This document shows positions 9,727-19,200 of a stretch of 64,000 bases of DNA, one piece after another. The stretch spans positions 544,001 through 608,000 of the forward strand of contig OZ244960.1 of NCBI GenBank assembly GCA_965222605.1. The letters run 5' to 3'. Origin of the DNA: Candidatus Latescibacterota bacterium (lineage in GTDB: Bacteria > Latescibacterota > UBA2968). Under the pieces are notes generated by a model. That model was not told where the DNA came from and searched no databases. It saw only the letters and a program-made list of their open reading frames with translations. Numbering within the stretch: the first letter of the stretch is position 1; every line of letters begins with the position of its first letter. The position numbers and the translations under genes were made by a program.

Positions 9727-12231
9727 TTACCTGACAGATCCCCCGACCACCACAAATGTCCCGCGCTGGATCTTTCCATTGCTTTCTGGCGTCAGGGACT
9801 TCACCACGAAGAAATAGACCCCGGCCGGAACCTGTCCTGTCACCGCCTTGGTGAGCTGGATATATTCCGCTTCTCCAACCGTCGGATTATCGTGGTCAAA
9901 CTCCGACATCAGATCTCCGGAAACCGAGAAAATCTTCACATTGCACCTGGACGGCAAATTCACGAACCGAATTTTATCCGACCCTTCATAAGCGTGAGAA
10001 CCATCGGCCAAAAAGGGATTGGGCACCACAGACACCTTCGCTTCCAGGCGTTCGGCCTCTGCATAAGCGGCCACTGCCGGACTCGTGGGTATCCATGAGT
10101 ACCGGAAGAACTGCTCGGGAGCAGATAATCCGCTCTCCAGCCCGCTCTGCACCGACTGCTGGGCAGCCGGTGGCAAATCGGACAGCGTCTTGCTGCCATC
10201 GCTACTGGTCCAGGTGCTGTGCCCGGTGTCATAAGCCGTCACCGCATAGTAGTACGCAAATCCGGCCAGAGATGTATCGTCGGTGTAAGAATACCGATCA
10301 CCTTCTTTGTGGGTTGCGTCTCCGACCTTGATATCCTTCAGGAGTTGCCAGTTGTCGAAGTAAAAATCGCTGCGGTAAAGCCGGTAGCCTGCAATATCCT
10401 TGGCCTCGGCAGTACCCGCATAATCGGGATCTTCCAGATCGTCGATGCTCTGCCAGCTAATTTTGGCCGTAGCTGCCGGTGTGTTCGCGATCCAGGTGTG
10501 GATATCCGGCGGCGGGAGTGGCACATCGCCGCCCAGTTCGTACATCGCCTGTGCGTGCTGTGCGTGCCTCATCAAATTCCGCATGGCCTTGTCCGTGTGC
10601 AAATCGGCCTGATTCTGCGGGATATTCCGCTGCCAGCCCCACATATTTTCCTCTACTGGCATCGATGCTGTAAAAGCCGTCACGATCTTCACGCGGTCTC
10701 CTCTTTGCAAATCGTAGGGACCATAAGTGTGAGAAAACGCATGCCAGTTGGGCGACATGGGTTGCTCGGGAGTCTCGCCCCGTCGCGTGGGGTTGTCCTG
10801 CACTGGCAGAGGTGCAGTCGGATTGTCCGGCCAGCCCGTGCGTCCGGCGATATTGTACATGCTCACCCGCTCGCCCGGCTTAGCCACCGACACCAGCGCA
10901 ATACCGATCTCGTCGGTGCTGTGCCGGTTGATGTCCGGTTCTTCTTTGTGGGTGAACCACGGCGCAGCAAAGGGCTGCTCTGCCACCTTTGGAGCTATGT
11001 AATTTGCATAGTCGTCGTTCACAAAAGGCGGCGTGTAGTCAATCGGAATCGCCCCCACGTACTGCCCGGCCAGGAGTTCTCCGCGCAGTTGGAAGTTCAG
11101 CCGCCCCCAGCAGCACTGGCTTTCTGGCTGGTGGGGGTCGCCCGCATCGTCGTGCGCCGTCAGCGGAGAGTCCCAGTCAAACGCATAGCTCATCTTCATG
11201 CCCACAGCGTCAGCCACATCCGCGTGATTCGGGTCAGCTGTCCCATAGTTAGCCGCCTCGGTGTAGCGGTACACATCGTCCTGGATCACATTGTAGTTCT
11301 CCGACTCTTGCCGGCGCAACAGCCAGTAGTAGTACCCGCGCGCTCTATCTACGCGGTCGCGGTTGGCTGTGCCGCCTTCTGTGGGCCAGAAATAGTTGTA
11401 AAACGCGAAATAGACATCCTTCAGGTTCAGTCCAGCACCCCCGTTCAAGTCGGCAACGCCATCGCCGTCGGAGTCTCCCGTGTTCTCAAACACATTCTCC
11501 ACAATGATGAAGTCGTCCCAGTCACGGAACGTCCACTGGTAGATCTTCTTCGTGCCCTGGATCCCGGCCTCTGTCGTCCACTTGGCAATCGCCACCAGTT
11601 CTCCAAACCGCTTGTGCTCTGGCTTCATATACGTATGGAAATCCCAGTTGTGGATCTCCACAATATTGTCCACACCCGGGTGCGGCTGCCCCGGATACCA
11701 GTTCTTGGCCTCCGCGATCGGAATTCCCTTGAGCGGATGCTGAGGATCCATCCCCACACCCATTTGCCCTTCGATTTCCGTACTCACTGGATACGCCATC
11801 GGCGTGATATCCGGGCTGGTGGTCAAGCTCGTAAACGATACCACGAGTTCTTTGCCGCGCGAGGGCGTGTATTCTGATGGGTCGGGCCTGGTAATAATAA
11901 ATGTTCCCAGGCTCCGCGCTGTGGCCGTTCTCAGCAAATAGTTTTGCACCCACTGATTGGACCCCGGCCATCCGCGACTATCCCACAAACTGCCCGGCAA
12001 GCGGTTGCGACCCGGGTAGGTCACGCCCTCCATGCTGGCGCGCCGGCTCCCATCTCGATCCGGACCGTGCATGCCCGTGTTCATCAGCCCCGTCCAGAGC
12101 TTGCTGCGCCGCAGGTTGCGCCACGGTAGCCGAGGAATATTCTGAGCGGCTACCTCGCAGGCCAGCGACATCACAAAGATTCCCACAAGGATTGCCCCGG
12201 CCGTGCGAGAAAATTTCGCATACATTTTCAT
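9727..12231 (-). CDS. Large secreted protein with FN3-like domain and T9SS type-A-like C-terminal sorting domain (copy 1)
   Basis: Signal peptide after RBS GAGGA (ATG 12231); 'DIAGYRLYRS...YYYAVTAYD' FN3 pattern; 'VVPNPF...IRFVNLP...IFSVSG...AGVYFFVV' CTD pattern. Confidence 0.75.
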   Translation of the reverse strand: MKMYAKFSRTAGAILVGIFVMSLACEVAAQNIPRLPWRNLRRSKLWTGLMNTGMHGPDRDGSRRASMEGVTYPGRNRLPGSLWDSRGWPGSNQWVQNYLLRTATARSLGTFIITRPDPSEYTPSRGKELVVSFTSLTTSPDITPMAYPVSTEIEGQMGVGMDPQHPLKGIPIAEAKNWYPGQPHPGVDNIVEIHNWDFHTYMKPEHKRFGELVAIAKWTTEAGIQGTKKIYQWTFRDWDDFIIVENVFENTGDSDGDGVADLNGGAGLNLKDVYFAFYNYFWPTEGGTANRDRVDRARGYYYWLLRRQESENYNVIQDDVYRYTEAANYGTADPNHADVADAVGMKMSYAFDWDSPLTAHDDAGDPHQPESQCCWGRLNFQLRGELLAGQYVGAIPIDYTPPFVNDDYANYIAPKVAEQPFAAPWFTHKEEPDINRHSTDEIGIALVSVAKPGERVSMYNIAGRTGWPDNPTAPLPVQDNPTRRGETPEQPMSPNWHAFSHTYGPYDLQRGDRVKIVTAFTASMPVEENMWGWQRNIPQNQADLHTDKAMRNLMRHAQHAQAMYELGGDVPLPPPDIHTWIANTPAATAKISWQSIDDLEDPDYAGTAEAKDIAGYRLYRSDFYFDNWQLLKDIKVGDATHKEGDRYSYTDDTSLAGFAYYYAVTAYDTGHSTWTSSDGSKTLSDLPPAAQQSVQSGLESGLSAPEQFFRYSWIPTSPAVAAYAEAERLEAKVSVVPNPFLADGSHAYEGSDKIRFVNLPSRCNVKIFSVSGDLMSEFDHDNPTVGEAEYIQLTKAVTGQVPAGVYFFVVKSLTPESNGKIQRGTFVVVGGSVR

Positions 12232-12255
12232 GTCATATCCTCTATTAAGTTGGAT

Positions 12256-12286
12256 CCGCGGTGTGGACACTCCGCCCACACCGCGG
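12256..12286 (-). promoter_or_regulatory. Intercistronic mRNA stem-loop between TBDR and cargo gene
   Basis: Perfect 11-bp stem ccgcggtgtgg/ccacaccgcgg, extendable by G-U pairs on the minus strand. Confidence 0.6.
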
Positions 12287-12298
12287 CACTGTGCCTGC

Positions 12299-15200
12299 TT
12301 ACCAGGTCAACCGCAACCCTGCAAATACCAAACGCGGATCGGTCCTCGTATATCTGCTCAACTCACTGGCATCGCCGCCGAACTGCACGAACAACGGATT
12401 GGTAGGCTGTGATTCAAGCAATCCCCACCGCACGTAGTCTGCGCTCGTGGATGGCGAGCCTTTGAAATTGAACAAATTTTCGATCTCCACATAAAGCAAC
12501 GGGCGGATGCCCCTGATGTTGAACCCTTTCTGGAAGCTGAAATCTACCGACGAGATCGTGGGACCCTCTTTCTTCAGGTTCAGACTGGTTTTCGGATCCT
12601 GGAAATCGAAGATTCGCCCCGTGAAGATGCGGTAGATCATGTTCACCCGAACATCGCCGAACAGCTTGCTGCCCCAGAACATCTCGCCGGGACCAAAATC
12701 GGGTGGGCTGGCATAGACCAGCACCAGGCTCCCATTTGTCCGCGTGGCATCGCTGCGCCCACCTTCCACACTCCAGCCCGTCGTCGAAAAGGCGTAAAGC
12801 CCCCGCAGCGCTGCCTGTTCCTCACTGGACAGCCCGCTCTGCTCCCACAGGGGATAAAATTTCCCATCGTTGGTCGCATACATCGCACCCACGCCGAACT
12901 CGCCAGCCAGACCCTTATCTACTACCTCCTGCGCCTTTGCCTTCAATTCCTCCAGCTTGGCGCCGGTCGGCGGAGCGGGGATCTCTGCACCCGTATTCGG
13001 GTCAATCGTGTAACTGACCCAGTACCGGTTGGGATCGGCAATATACGATGCATCCGGATAAATATTGCCGCCCATATTGCCCCGCTTGGTGCCGCCAATG
13101 GTCAGGCGCTCGCCCCAGCCCAAGTTGAGTGCGGCTTTGAACGAGAAGTTGTGCTTCAACCCCTTCTTCAATGCCAGTTCGATACCACGGGTCGTGGTGT
13201 GGCCTCTCGGACCCTGCGAACGAGTCTTGGCCTTGCTACCAATCTGTGGGTCCTGGAAGCGAGCAGTATTAACACTCAAAAATCCATTGGTGATGCGGTA
13301 ATAGGCAGTGCCCTGGAAGGAATAGTCGCTGATGAAATTCCACTCCGTGCCCAGTTCAAAAGCCGTAGAGACCTGCGAATGCTGCAAGGAGAAGAACTGA
13401 TCAATCACAAATCCCGAGCCAAACGAGTCGTTGCGGACCAGGCTGTTGTTGTACTCTTCAGCACTGATGTTTCCATCGTTGTTGTGGTCGATCGAGTGCG
13501 GTCCCGTCGCCCGCCAGTTCTGCTGGTATATCCGGCGGAAATCCGGACGGGTGTGAAACTTCCCGTAGAAGAAATGAATCTTCGACTTGGCCGTAATCGG
13601 GTGCGATATCCCGACCCGGGGCATAAACCAGTTCATCGGCTGCATATCGCCATACATCGTATGGTTCCGGAAGCGCGTGTAGTTGTAGCCCATCGGCGCG
13701 CCCTGATAGGGATGGAGGGGAACCACTCCGCCGCTATACCGCTCGTAGCGGAAGCCCGCATTGATGATCAGTCCTTCAAACTCCATCTTGTCCTGCACAT
13801 AAGCGTGGAGCTCGGTGGGCGTAATCCCCACACCGGGTTCATAGCGCTTGCCCCAGTAAATCAGCCATCGATTCCGCTCATCCACATCTTCGTAGGTCTC
13901 GGTCTTCCAGTTGTCGTAGCGATAAAATGTAAAACCGCCCTTCAGAAAGTGCGTGCGAGTCACCTGGCTGGCCAGATCGAACCGCGCTGCCAGCTTGTTT
14001 TGCTGCCCGACGCGCAGATCCCGCACCTGCCCGGAATCGGTGTAGTACCACCCATCATCGTCTAAGGATGGATTCACCGTCGTGCTGGGAATGTCAATGG
14101 TGTCCTGCTTGCTGGCAATATACGACAGCCTCACTTCGTAAAATGTCTTTGCCGATAGGGTGTGGATGCTGGACACATAAAACATGTTGTCCGTCACCTG
14201 CCACTCACCCCCATAGCGTCCGCGTTCTTCCAGGAAAATCGCCCTGGAATTAAAGCTGTCTGCATAGCGACCTTGGCGGCTGGAATACAGCCCACCCACA
14301 CGGAGCTTGATATCGGGTGTGGCGCTATAGGTTACTTTGTAGCTCACATCCGCGTTAAATGGCTCGCGCTCAGTCGGCTGGGGCAGGTTCCGGGCCTGAA
14401 TATCGTGCTTTGTAGTGGCAAAGAACGACAGATCACGGTTAATAGGCCCCGAAAGAGATGTCTCTAAAAAATGCCCTTGCACATCTGTATAATCGCTCGA
14501 AGGCCGCTGATGCACCTTCCGACCATTGGCTGTTTCATTGGCCCACTCAGAATCGCCATATTGCAGCCGACCCTGATGTACGAAGCTATCGTAAGCATTG
14601 TTGCCCCAGTGCTTCTGTTGCGCTGGCGAGTACCGATAGTGAAACTGTCCGTGGTAGTCCCGACCGCCATCTTTGGTTACAATCTGGATAGAGCCGGTAT
14701 TGCCATATTCGGCATTCAACCCGCCGGCCAGCACCGTGATCTCTGAAATCGCCGACGTATTGACATCGCCGCTCCAGTTCTGCGTGCCCCCACGGGTGCC
14801 TGTCCCACGCCGACCATCCGAGTGCGTCATACGCACACCATCTACCATATACTCGGCCACTTCACCGCCATTGCCCACAAAGGCATTGCGGATGCGATTT
14901 GTACCGTCGGTATTGACCCCCGCCTCCAGCTCGATAAAGGAATCCAGATCGCGGACAATGGGCAGCACTGCAATATCCTCGGCGGTCACCACATAACGGC
15001 TTGCCGTCACATCTGCCTCCACCGGAGGCCGCTCTGCAATCACGGTCAACTCACCCAGTTCCAGAGCTGCTTCATTGAGCGAGAAATCAACTGTCGTCGT
15101 CAGATCCGACGCAACCCGCACATCGGACCTGGTCGCACCCGTGTACCCAACCATCGACGCCTTCACTGTATAACTCCCCGGATCGACAGACAGGACAAAA

Positions 15201-15391
15201 TAATACCCCTCCCCATCAGTTGTTGCCCCACGGGTCGTCCCCTCCACCAACACGTTGGCACCCGGCAGAGCCTCTCCAGCCTTATCGACTATACGGCCAG
15301 TAATTTTTCCCGTTGTTGCCGCCTCGGCCAGGCTGACAAAACCGAGGGCAAAAATCATAACGAGAACAAAACCCAGACATTTTCTGTACAT
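12299..15391 (-). CDS. TonB-dependent receptor with N-terminal carboxypeptidase-regulatory-like domain (copy 1)
   Basis: 'TTGKITGRIVD...LPGANV...GATTDGEGYY', plug 'GGLNAEYG', 'YVQDKMEFEGLIINAGFRYE', 'PRVGISHPIT', C-terminal GLRLTW. Confidence 0.9.
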   Translation of the reverse strand: MYRKCLGFVLVMIFALGFVSLAEAATTGKITGRIVDKAGEALPGANVLVEGTTRGATTDGEGYYFVLSVDPGSYTVKASMVGYTGATRSDVRVASDLTTTVDFSLNEAALELGELTVIAERPPVEADVTASRYVVTAEDIAVLPIVRDLDSFIELEAGVNTDGTNRIRNAFVGNGGEVAEYMVDGVRMTHSDGRRGTGTRGGTQNWSGDVNTSAISEITVLAGGLNAEYGNTGSIQIVTKDGGRDYHGQFHYRYSPAQQKHWGNNAYDSFVHQGRLQYGDSEWANETANGRKVHQRPSSDYTDVQGHFLETSLSGPINRDLSFFATTKHDIQARNLPQPTEREPFNADVSYKVTYSATPDIKLRVGGLYSSRQGRYADSFNSRAIFLEERGRYGGEWQVTDNMFYVSSIHTLSAKTFYEVRLSYIASKQDTIDIPSTTVNPSLDDDGWYYTDSGQVRDLRVGQQNKLAARFDLASQVTRTHFLKGGFTFYRYDNWKTETYEDVDERNRWLIYWGKRYEPGVGITPTELHAYVQDKMEFEGLIINAGFRYERYSGGVVPLHPYQGAPMGYNYTRFRNHTMYGDMQPMNWFMPRVGISHPITAKSKIHFFYGKFHTRPDFRRIYQQNWRATGPHSIDHNNDGNISAEEYNNSLVRNDSFGSGFVIDQFFSLQHSQVSTAFELGTEWNFISDYSFQGTAYYRITNGFLSVNTARFQDPQIGSKAKTRSQGPRGHTTTRGIELALKKGLKHNFSFKAALNLGWGERLTIGGTKRGNMGGNIYPDASYIADPNRYWVSYTIDPNTGAEIPAPPTGAKLEELKAKAQEVVDKGLAGEFGVGAMYATNDGKFYPLWEQSGLSSEEQAALRGLYAFSTTGWSVEGGRSDATRTNGSLVLVYASPPDFGPGEMFWGSKLFGDVRVNMIYRIFTGRIFDFQDPKTSLNLKKEGPTISSVDFSFQKGFNIRGIRPLLYVEIENLFNFKGSPSTSADYVRWGLLESQPTNPLFVQFGGDASELSRYTRTDPRLVFAGLRLTW

Positions 15392-15413
15392 CGAAAAACC
15401 TCCTTAGTGAGAA

Positions 15414-16112
15414 CTACCAGTAATATTTAATCCCGCCCACCAGATCTATCGCCTGCATTGGGAAGACTTTTTCAAGCCCCCAGTCCTCCAGGGGACGGAG
15501 TTCGCCCATAATCACATTATACCGCAAGCGGAGATCGATCACAAATTGCTCGGACCCCACGATGCTGATCCCACCTCCAAATGAGAACGTCAGTGCTGCC
15601 ACCTTGTCGTGAAAGGCGGGATTTAGAACGCTGGTATCCAGGGACGTTCCCGACTGCCCGGGAAAAACCAACCCCGACACCTCATTCGAAAATCCGAAAA
15701 ACCCGACGCCACCCATTATATAAGGCGATGTGCCTTTGCCCACTTCCTTGAAATGGAGCAGGGCGCTGGCGACCAGGCTATTGAACGTCACGCCTTGATC
15801 GACATTTGGACTGCGGTAGTTCTGGCTATCAATCGGCCAGGTGAACTCTCGTGTATCCAGATCGCCGCCCAGCATCGAAGAATAGTGATACTCAATCTCG
15901 GCGACAACTCTCGACGAGGCTATATAGTTGTAGCTAAGTCCCAATTTGGGAGAGGCAGAGTACCACTCGCCAAATTTGAACAACGGTACGTTTGCACTCC
16001 CGAAAAACCCGATCCCCGACTGGCCTTCTTCTAAGGCTCCAGCCGTGGAAACCGAGACCAGAACCGCCCCAGTGAGACATAGTATTCTAAACATCGCTCT
16101 CAACATCCGCAT
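15414..16112 (-). CDS. Small outer-membrane beta-barrel protein (copy 1)
   Basis: Signal peptide after GGAGGG RBS, alternating beta-strands, 'SPYIMGGVG', C-terminal KYYW. Confidence 0.75.
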   Translation of the reverse strand: MRMLRAMFRILCLTGAVLVSVSTAGALEEGQSGIGFFGSANVPLFKFGEWYSASPKLGLSYNYIASSRVVAEIEYHYSSMLGGDLDTREFTWPIDSQNYRSPNVDQGVTFNSLVASALLHFKEVGKGTSPYIMGGVGFFGFSNEVSGLVFPGQSGTSLDTSVLNPAFHDKVAALTFSFGGGISIVGSEQFVIDLRLRYNVIMGELRPLEDWGLEKVFPMQAIDLVGGIKYYW

Positions 16113-16338
16113 AAGCTGGCCCTCCTTTGAGATGGTAAAAAATACAACACGGTATCGCACTCAATTCAAATACTCCTCCTTTCTCCGGCTCAATTTATTC
16201 ATAAAACTTATTTTCACGCCCTCCCGCTGATTTTTAGATGGTTTTAACTCCAAACTGATAATGAGGATAAACTATTGACTATTATTTACTTATATTAAAT
16301 TTCTAATATAGTCACAAATTTTCACTTATATCATCAAC

Positions 16339-16368
16339 AATATGCATTAAAATTTCTCCCAATGTCAA
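16339..16368 (-). promoter_or_regulatory. Promoter of the OMP-TBDR-cargo-PorV operon (copy 1)
   Basis: TTGACA-18 bp-CATATT; identical boxes and spacing at 40241-40270. Confidence 0.65.
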
Positions 16369-17104
16369 GTGTTTTTTTGATCGTTCTTCACCTTGCTATC
16401 TGAGTCATTAAAATCCAAGTCCTTCGTTAGTTCGTAGCCCGTGCAGATAGACTGGGGACAATCCATCCCAGAAGGCGCAAGGGGAAATGCCAAATCATAA
16501 CTATTCGCATTGTTCGCATCGTCAACTGCGCCGTTACCATCCAGATCATAGCGGATGGCGTTTAGTCGCTCCAGGTTGGATACCTCAATGAGGCCATCAT
16601 CGTCATCGTCGTAGTCAAACAACGGCGTTCCGACCATTGTTGCCGACCATGCGCTACGAACACTCGTTTTCTTAGCTCTAACCTGTACATCGTAACCAGA
16701 GCCACCGACCAGACCGTTGATCGTATATTCAAAGTTATCACTCGTTCCGGCATTCCTAACCACTGTCCAGTTGCCGCTAACTGTCTCGTCATCGCTGGTG
16801 AGAATGTAGCGCACGTCATACCCAGTAATGTTGCTACGGAGCGGATCACTCAAGGCAACCCTGAGTGATCGGGCTCCCGGCGTCACACTGGAAATGGTCG
16901 GCACGCTGAGCACCGTCGCTCCTTCGCCCAGTTCAGACCATTCTCCCTGCCCTTCGGCATTGGTCGCCCCGCACCCGTATCTCGTAATTCGTGCCCTCCT
17001 CCAGGCCCATGATCGTTATGGTCTTATCCCTGATGGAAGCATTCGCATCGATAAATGCATCGTTGCGCCCACTGCTTCGGTATTGTATGTCGTAGCTAAT
17101 ACCA

Positions 17105-17825
17105 ATATCAATACGTCCGATTTTTTCCGATTGACCGCCCAGCTCCGTCCAGTATAGCTTGTTCCTTGCGATGTCCAGCGCAATGCCAAATGGGTCCCCT
17201 AATCCCGTGGCGATAAGGTCTTCGACATTTCTACCATTGAGATCAGCACGCTGGACTTTATCCGTACCACGGTCCGCCCAGTACATCTTGTTTCCTGCGA
17301 TATCCAGCGCAATACCAAATGGATCCTCCAATCCCGTGGTGACGAGGTCTTCGACATTTTCGCCACCGAGATCAGCACGCCGAATTCTATCACTGATTGC
17401 CCAGTACATCTTGTTCCCTGCGATGTCCAACGCAATACCCCCAAATTTATCCGGCAGTCCCGTGATGAGGTCTTCGATATTTTCACCATTGAGATCAGCA
17501 CGCCGGATGCGACCAGAGCCCGTCCAGTACATCTTGTTCCCTGCGATGTCCAACGCAATACCCCCAAGTTTACCCGGCAGTCCCGTGATGAGGTCTTCGA
17601 TATTTTCACCATTGAGATCAGCACGCTGGACTTTATCCGTATAGAGATCTACCCAGTACATCTTGTTTCCCGCGATATCCAACGCAATGCCCACAGGAAA
17701 TTGCACCGCATCCCGAATGAGGTCTTCGACATTTTCACCGTCGAGATCAGCACGCCGGATGCGACCAGAGTCCGTCCAGTACATCTTGTTCCCTGCGATG
17801 TCCAACGCAACGTCAATTGGATTAA
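17105..17825 (-). repeat. Six YWTD/LDL-receptor class B repeats, near-identical at DNA level
   Basis: Recurrent IALDIAGNKMYW...RADL units; 'ccagtacatcttgtt' recurs about every 120-130 bp. Confidence 0.85.
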
Positions 17826-18289
17826 ACATAGAAACATTATCTGTATTCAATACTGAAGGGGAGTCCCCCCAGATAATGGTCAAGGTAGTCATGGTTGCCT
17901 GCGTCACTGTCGGCGCATCTAATTCCGGGGAGCCTATGTCGGTCACTATGACAGTTATTGCCTGTGTTGCTGTCAATGCTCGACCATTCTCACCACTCAT
18001 CGCTGTGACCTCTACGATATATGCGTTGTTGGTATCCGCATCCAATGGAGCCTCAAAATCTGGTGCGGCTTTGAAGATCAACACACCTGTTTCTGAAACA
18101 ATGAAGAACTGAGTTTGATCTGCCCCGCCAGTAATGGCATAACTGGTGACGCTGTCGTCGCTATCGGCGTCATTGGCAACCACTATGCCGACACCTGTCA
18201 CATTTTCCAGCACATTGAATGTCGCATTGCTCGTGAAGACCGGCGCAACATTAACCTTCATCTTCCCTTCACCTGAATCAGACCACGCA

Positions 18290-19200
18290 CCTGTGCCTTC
18301 ATCGTTCTTCGCACGCACCTGTACCTCATAACTCGTACCCGGTTTCAAGTTCGTAAGCGTCAAAGTCAAATCCGTGCCATCGTATTCCGCATCGGTGAAA
18401 CCGTCATCGTCACTCGCCTTATACTGCACATCGTAATCCGTAATCTCTGGTCCCGTATTCGCAGGAACTTCCCACGTCACTTTCAAACTATTCATCGTCA
18501 CTTCCGAAACCACAGGCGTTTCAACCTGACCCGGTGCCTCGTCATCCTTGTCGGTCACAGTCACAACAATCGTCTGTGCTGCTGTCAATACACGTTCACT
18601 CGCACCGCCAGTCGCCGTGACCTCCACGATGTATTCATTGTTATTTGCTACATTGGCAGGGTCGGCGCTTTCAACATCTGCTGGCACCTCATAGTTCGGT
18701 GCAGCCTTGAAGCGCAACCCACCCTCCTCCGTGATCTCGAACTGCTCTTGATCCGCTCCACCGGTAATGGCGTAGCCCGTGATGCTGTCATCGCTATCCC
18801 CGTCATTGGCGGACACTGCGCCAACCGTTGTGTTATTTTCTTTCACCTCGAATGTCGCGCTACTGGTGAAGATCGGGGCCTGATTCTCAATGGTCATCCC
18901 TTCACCTGATTCAGACCAATTACCTGTGCCTTCATCACTCTCTGCACGCACCTGCACCTCATAACTCGTACCCGGTTTCAAGCCCGTAAGCGTCAAAGTC
19001 AAATCCGTGCCATCGTATTCCACATCGGTAAATTCGCTCTCACCACTCGCCTTATACTGCACATCGTAGTCCGTAATCTCTGGTCCCGCATTCGCAGGAA
19101 CTTCCCACGTCACTTTCAAACTTTTCATCGTCGCCTCTGCTATGGTCGGCGCAGCAGGTTGACCCGGTGCCTCGTCATCCTTGTCCGAAACAGTCACAAC
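18290..19200 (-). repeat. Internally duplicated FN3 module (near-identical DNA ~18290-18570 vs ~18920-19200)
   Basis: SLKVTWEVPAN.GPEITDYDVQYKAS...EYDGTDLTLTLT.LKPGTSYEVQVRA occurs twice with nearly the same nucleotides. Confidence 0.8.

Noticed and set aside
10219-11877. Long antisense ORFs (e.g. 10219-11877, 36091-37578, 44867-46258, 60217-61524, 6168-7562)
   Set aside because: Shadow ORFs opposite well-supported genes; typical of GC-biased codon usage, with no recognisable motifs.
16160-16195. In-frame TGA upstream of OMP copy 1 aligning with TGC (Cys) in copy 2: possible selenocysteine or readthrough
   Set aside because: It lies upstream of the strong RBS, ATG and signal peptide (16112/39961), so it is 5'UTR; no SECIS-like hairpin was recognised.
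17105-17825. Regularly spaced DNA repeats resembling a CRISPR array
   Set aside because: They are in-frame YWTD coding repeats whose 'spacers' are also homologous; no cas genes.
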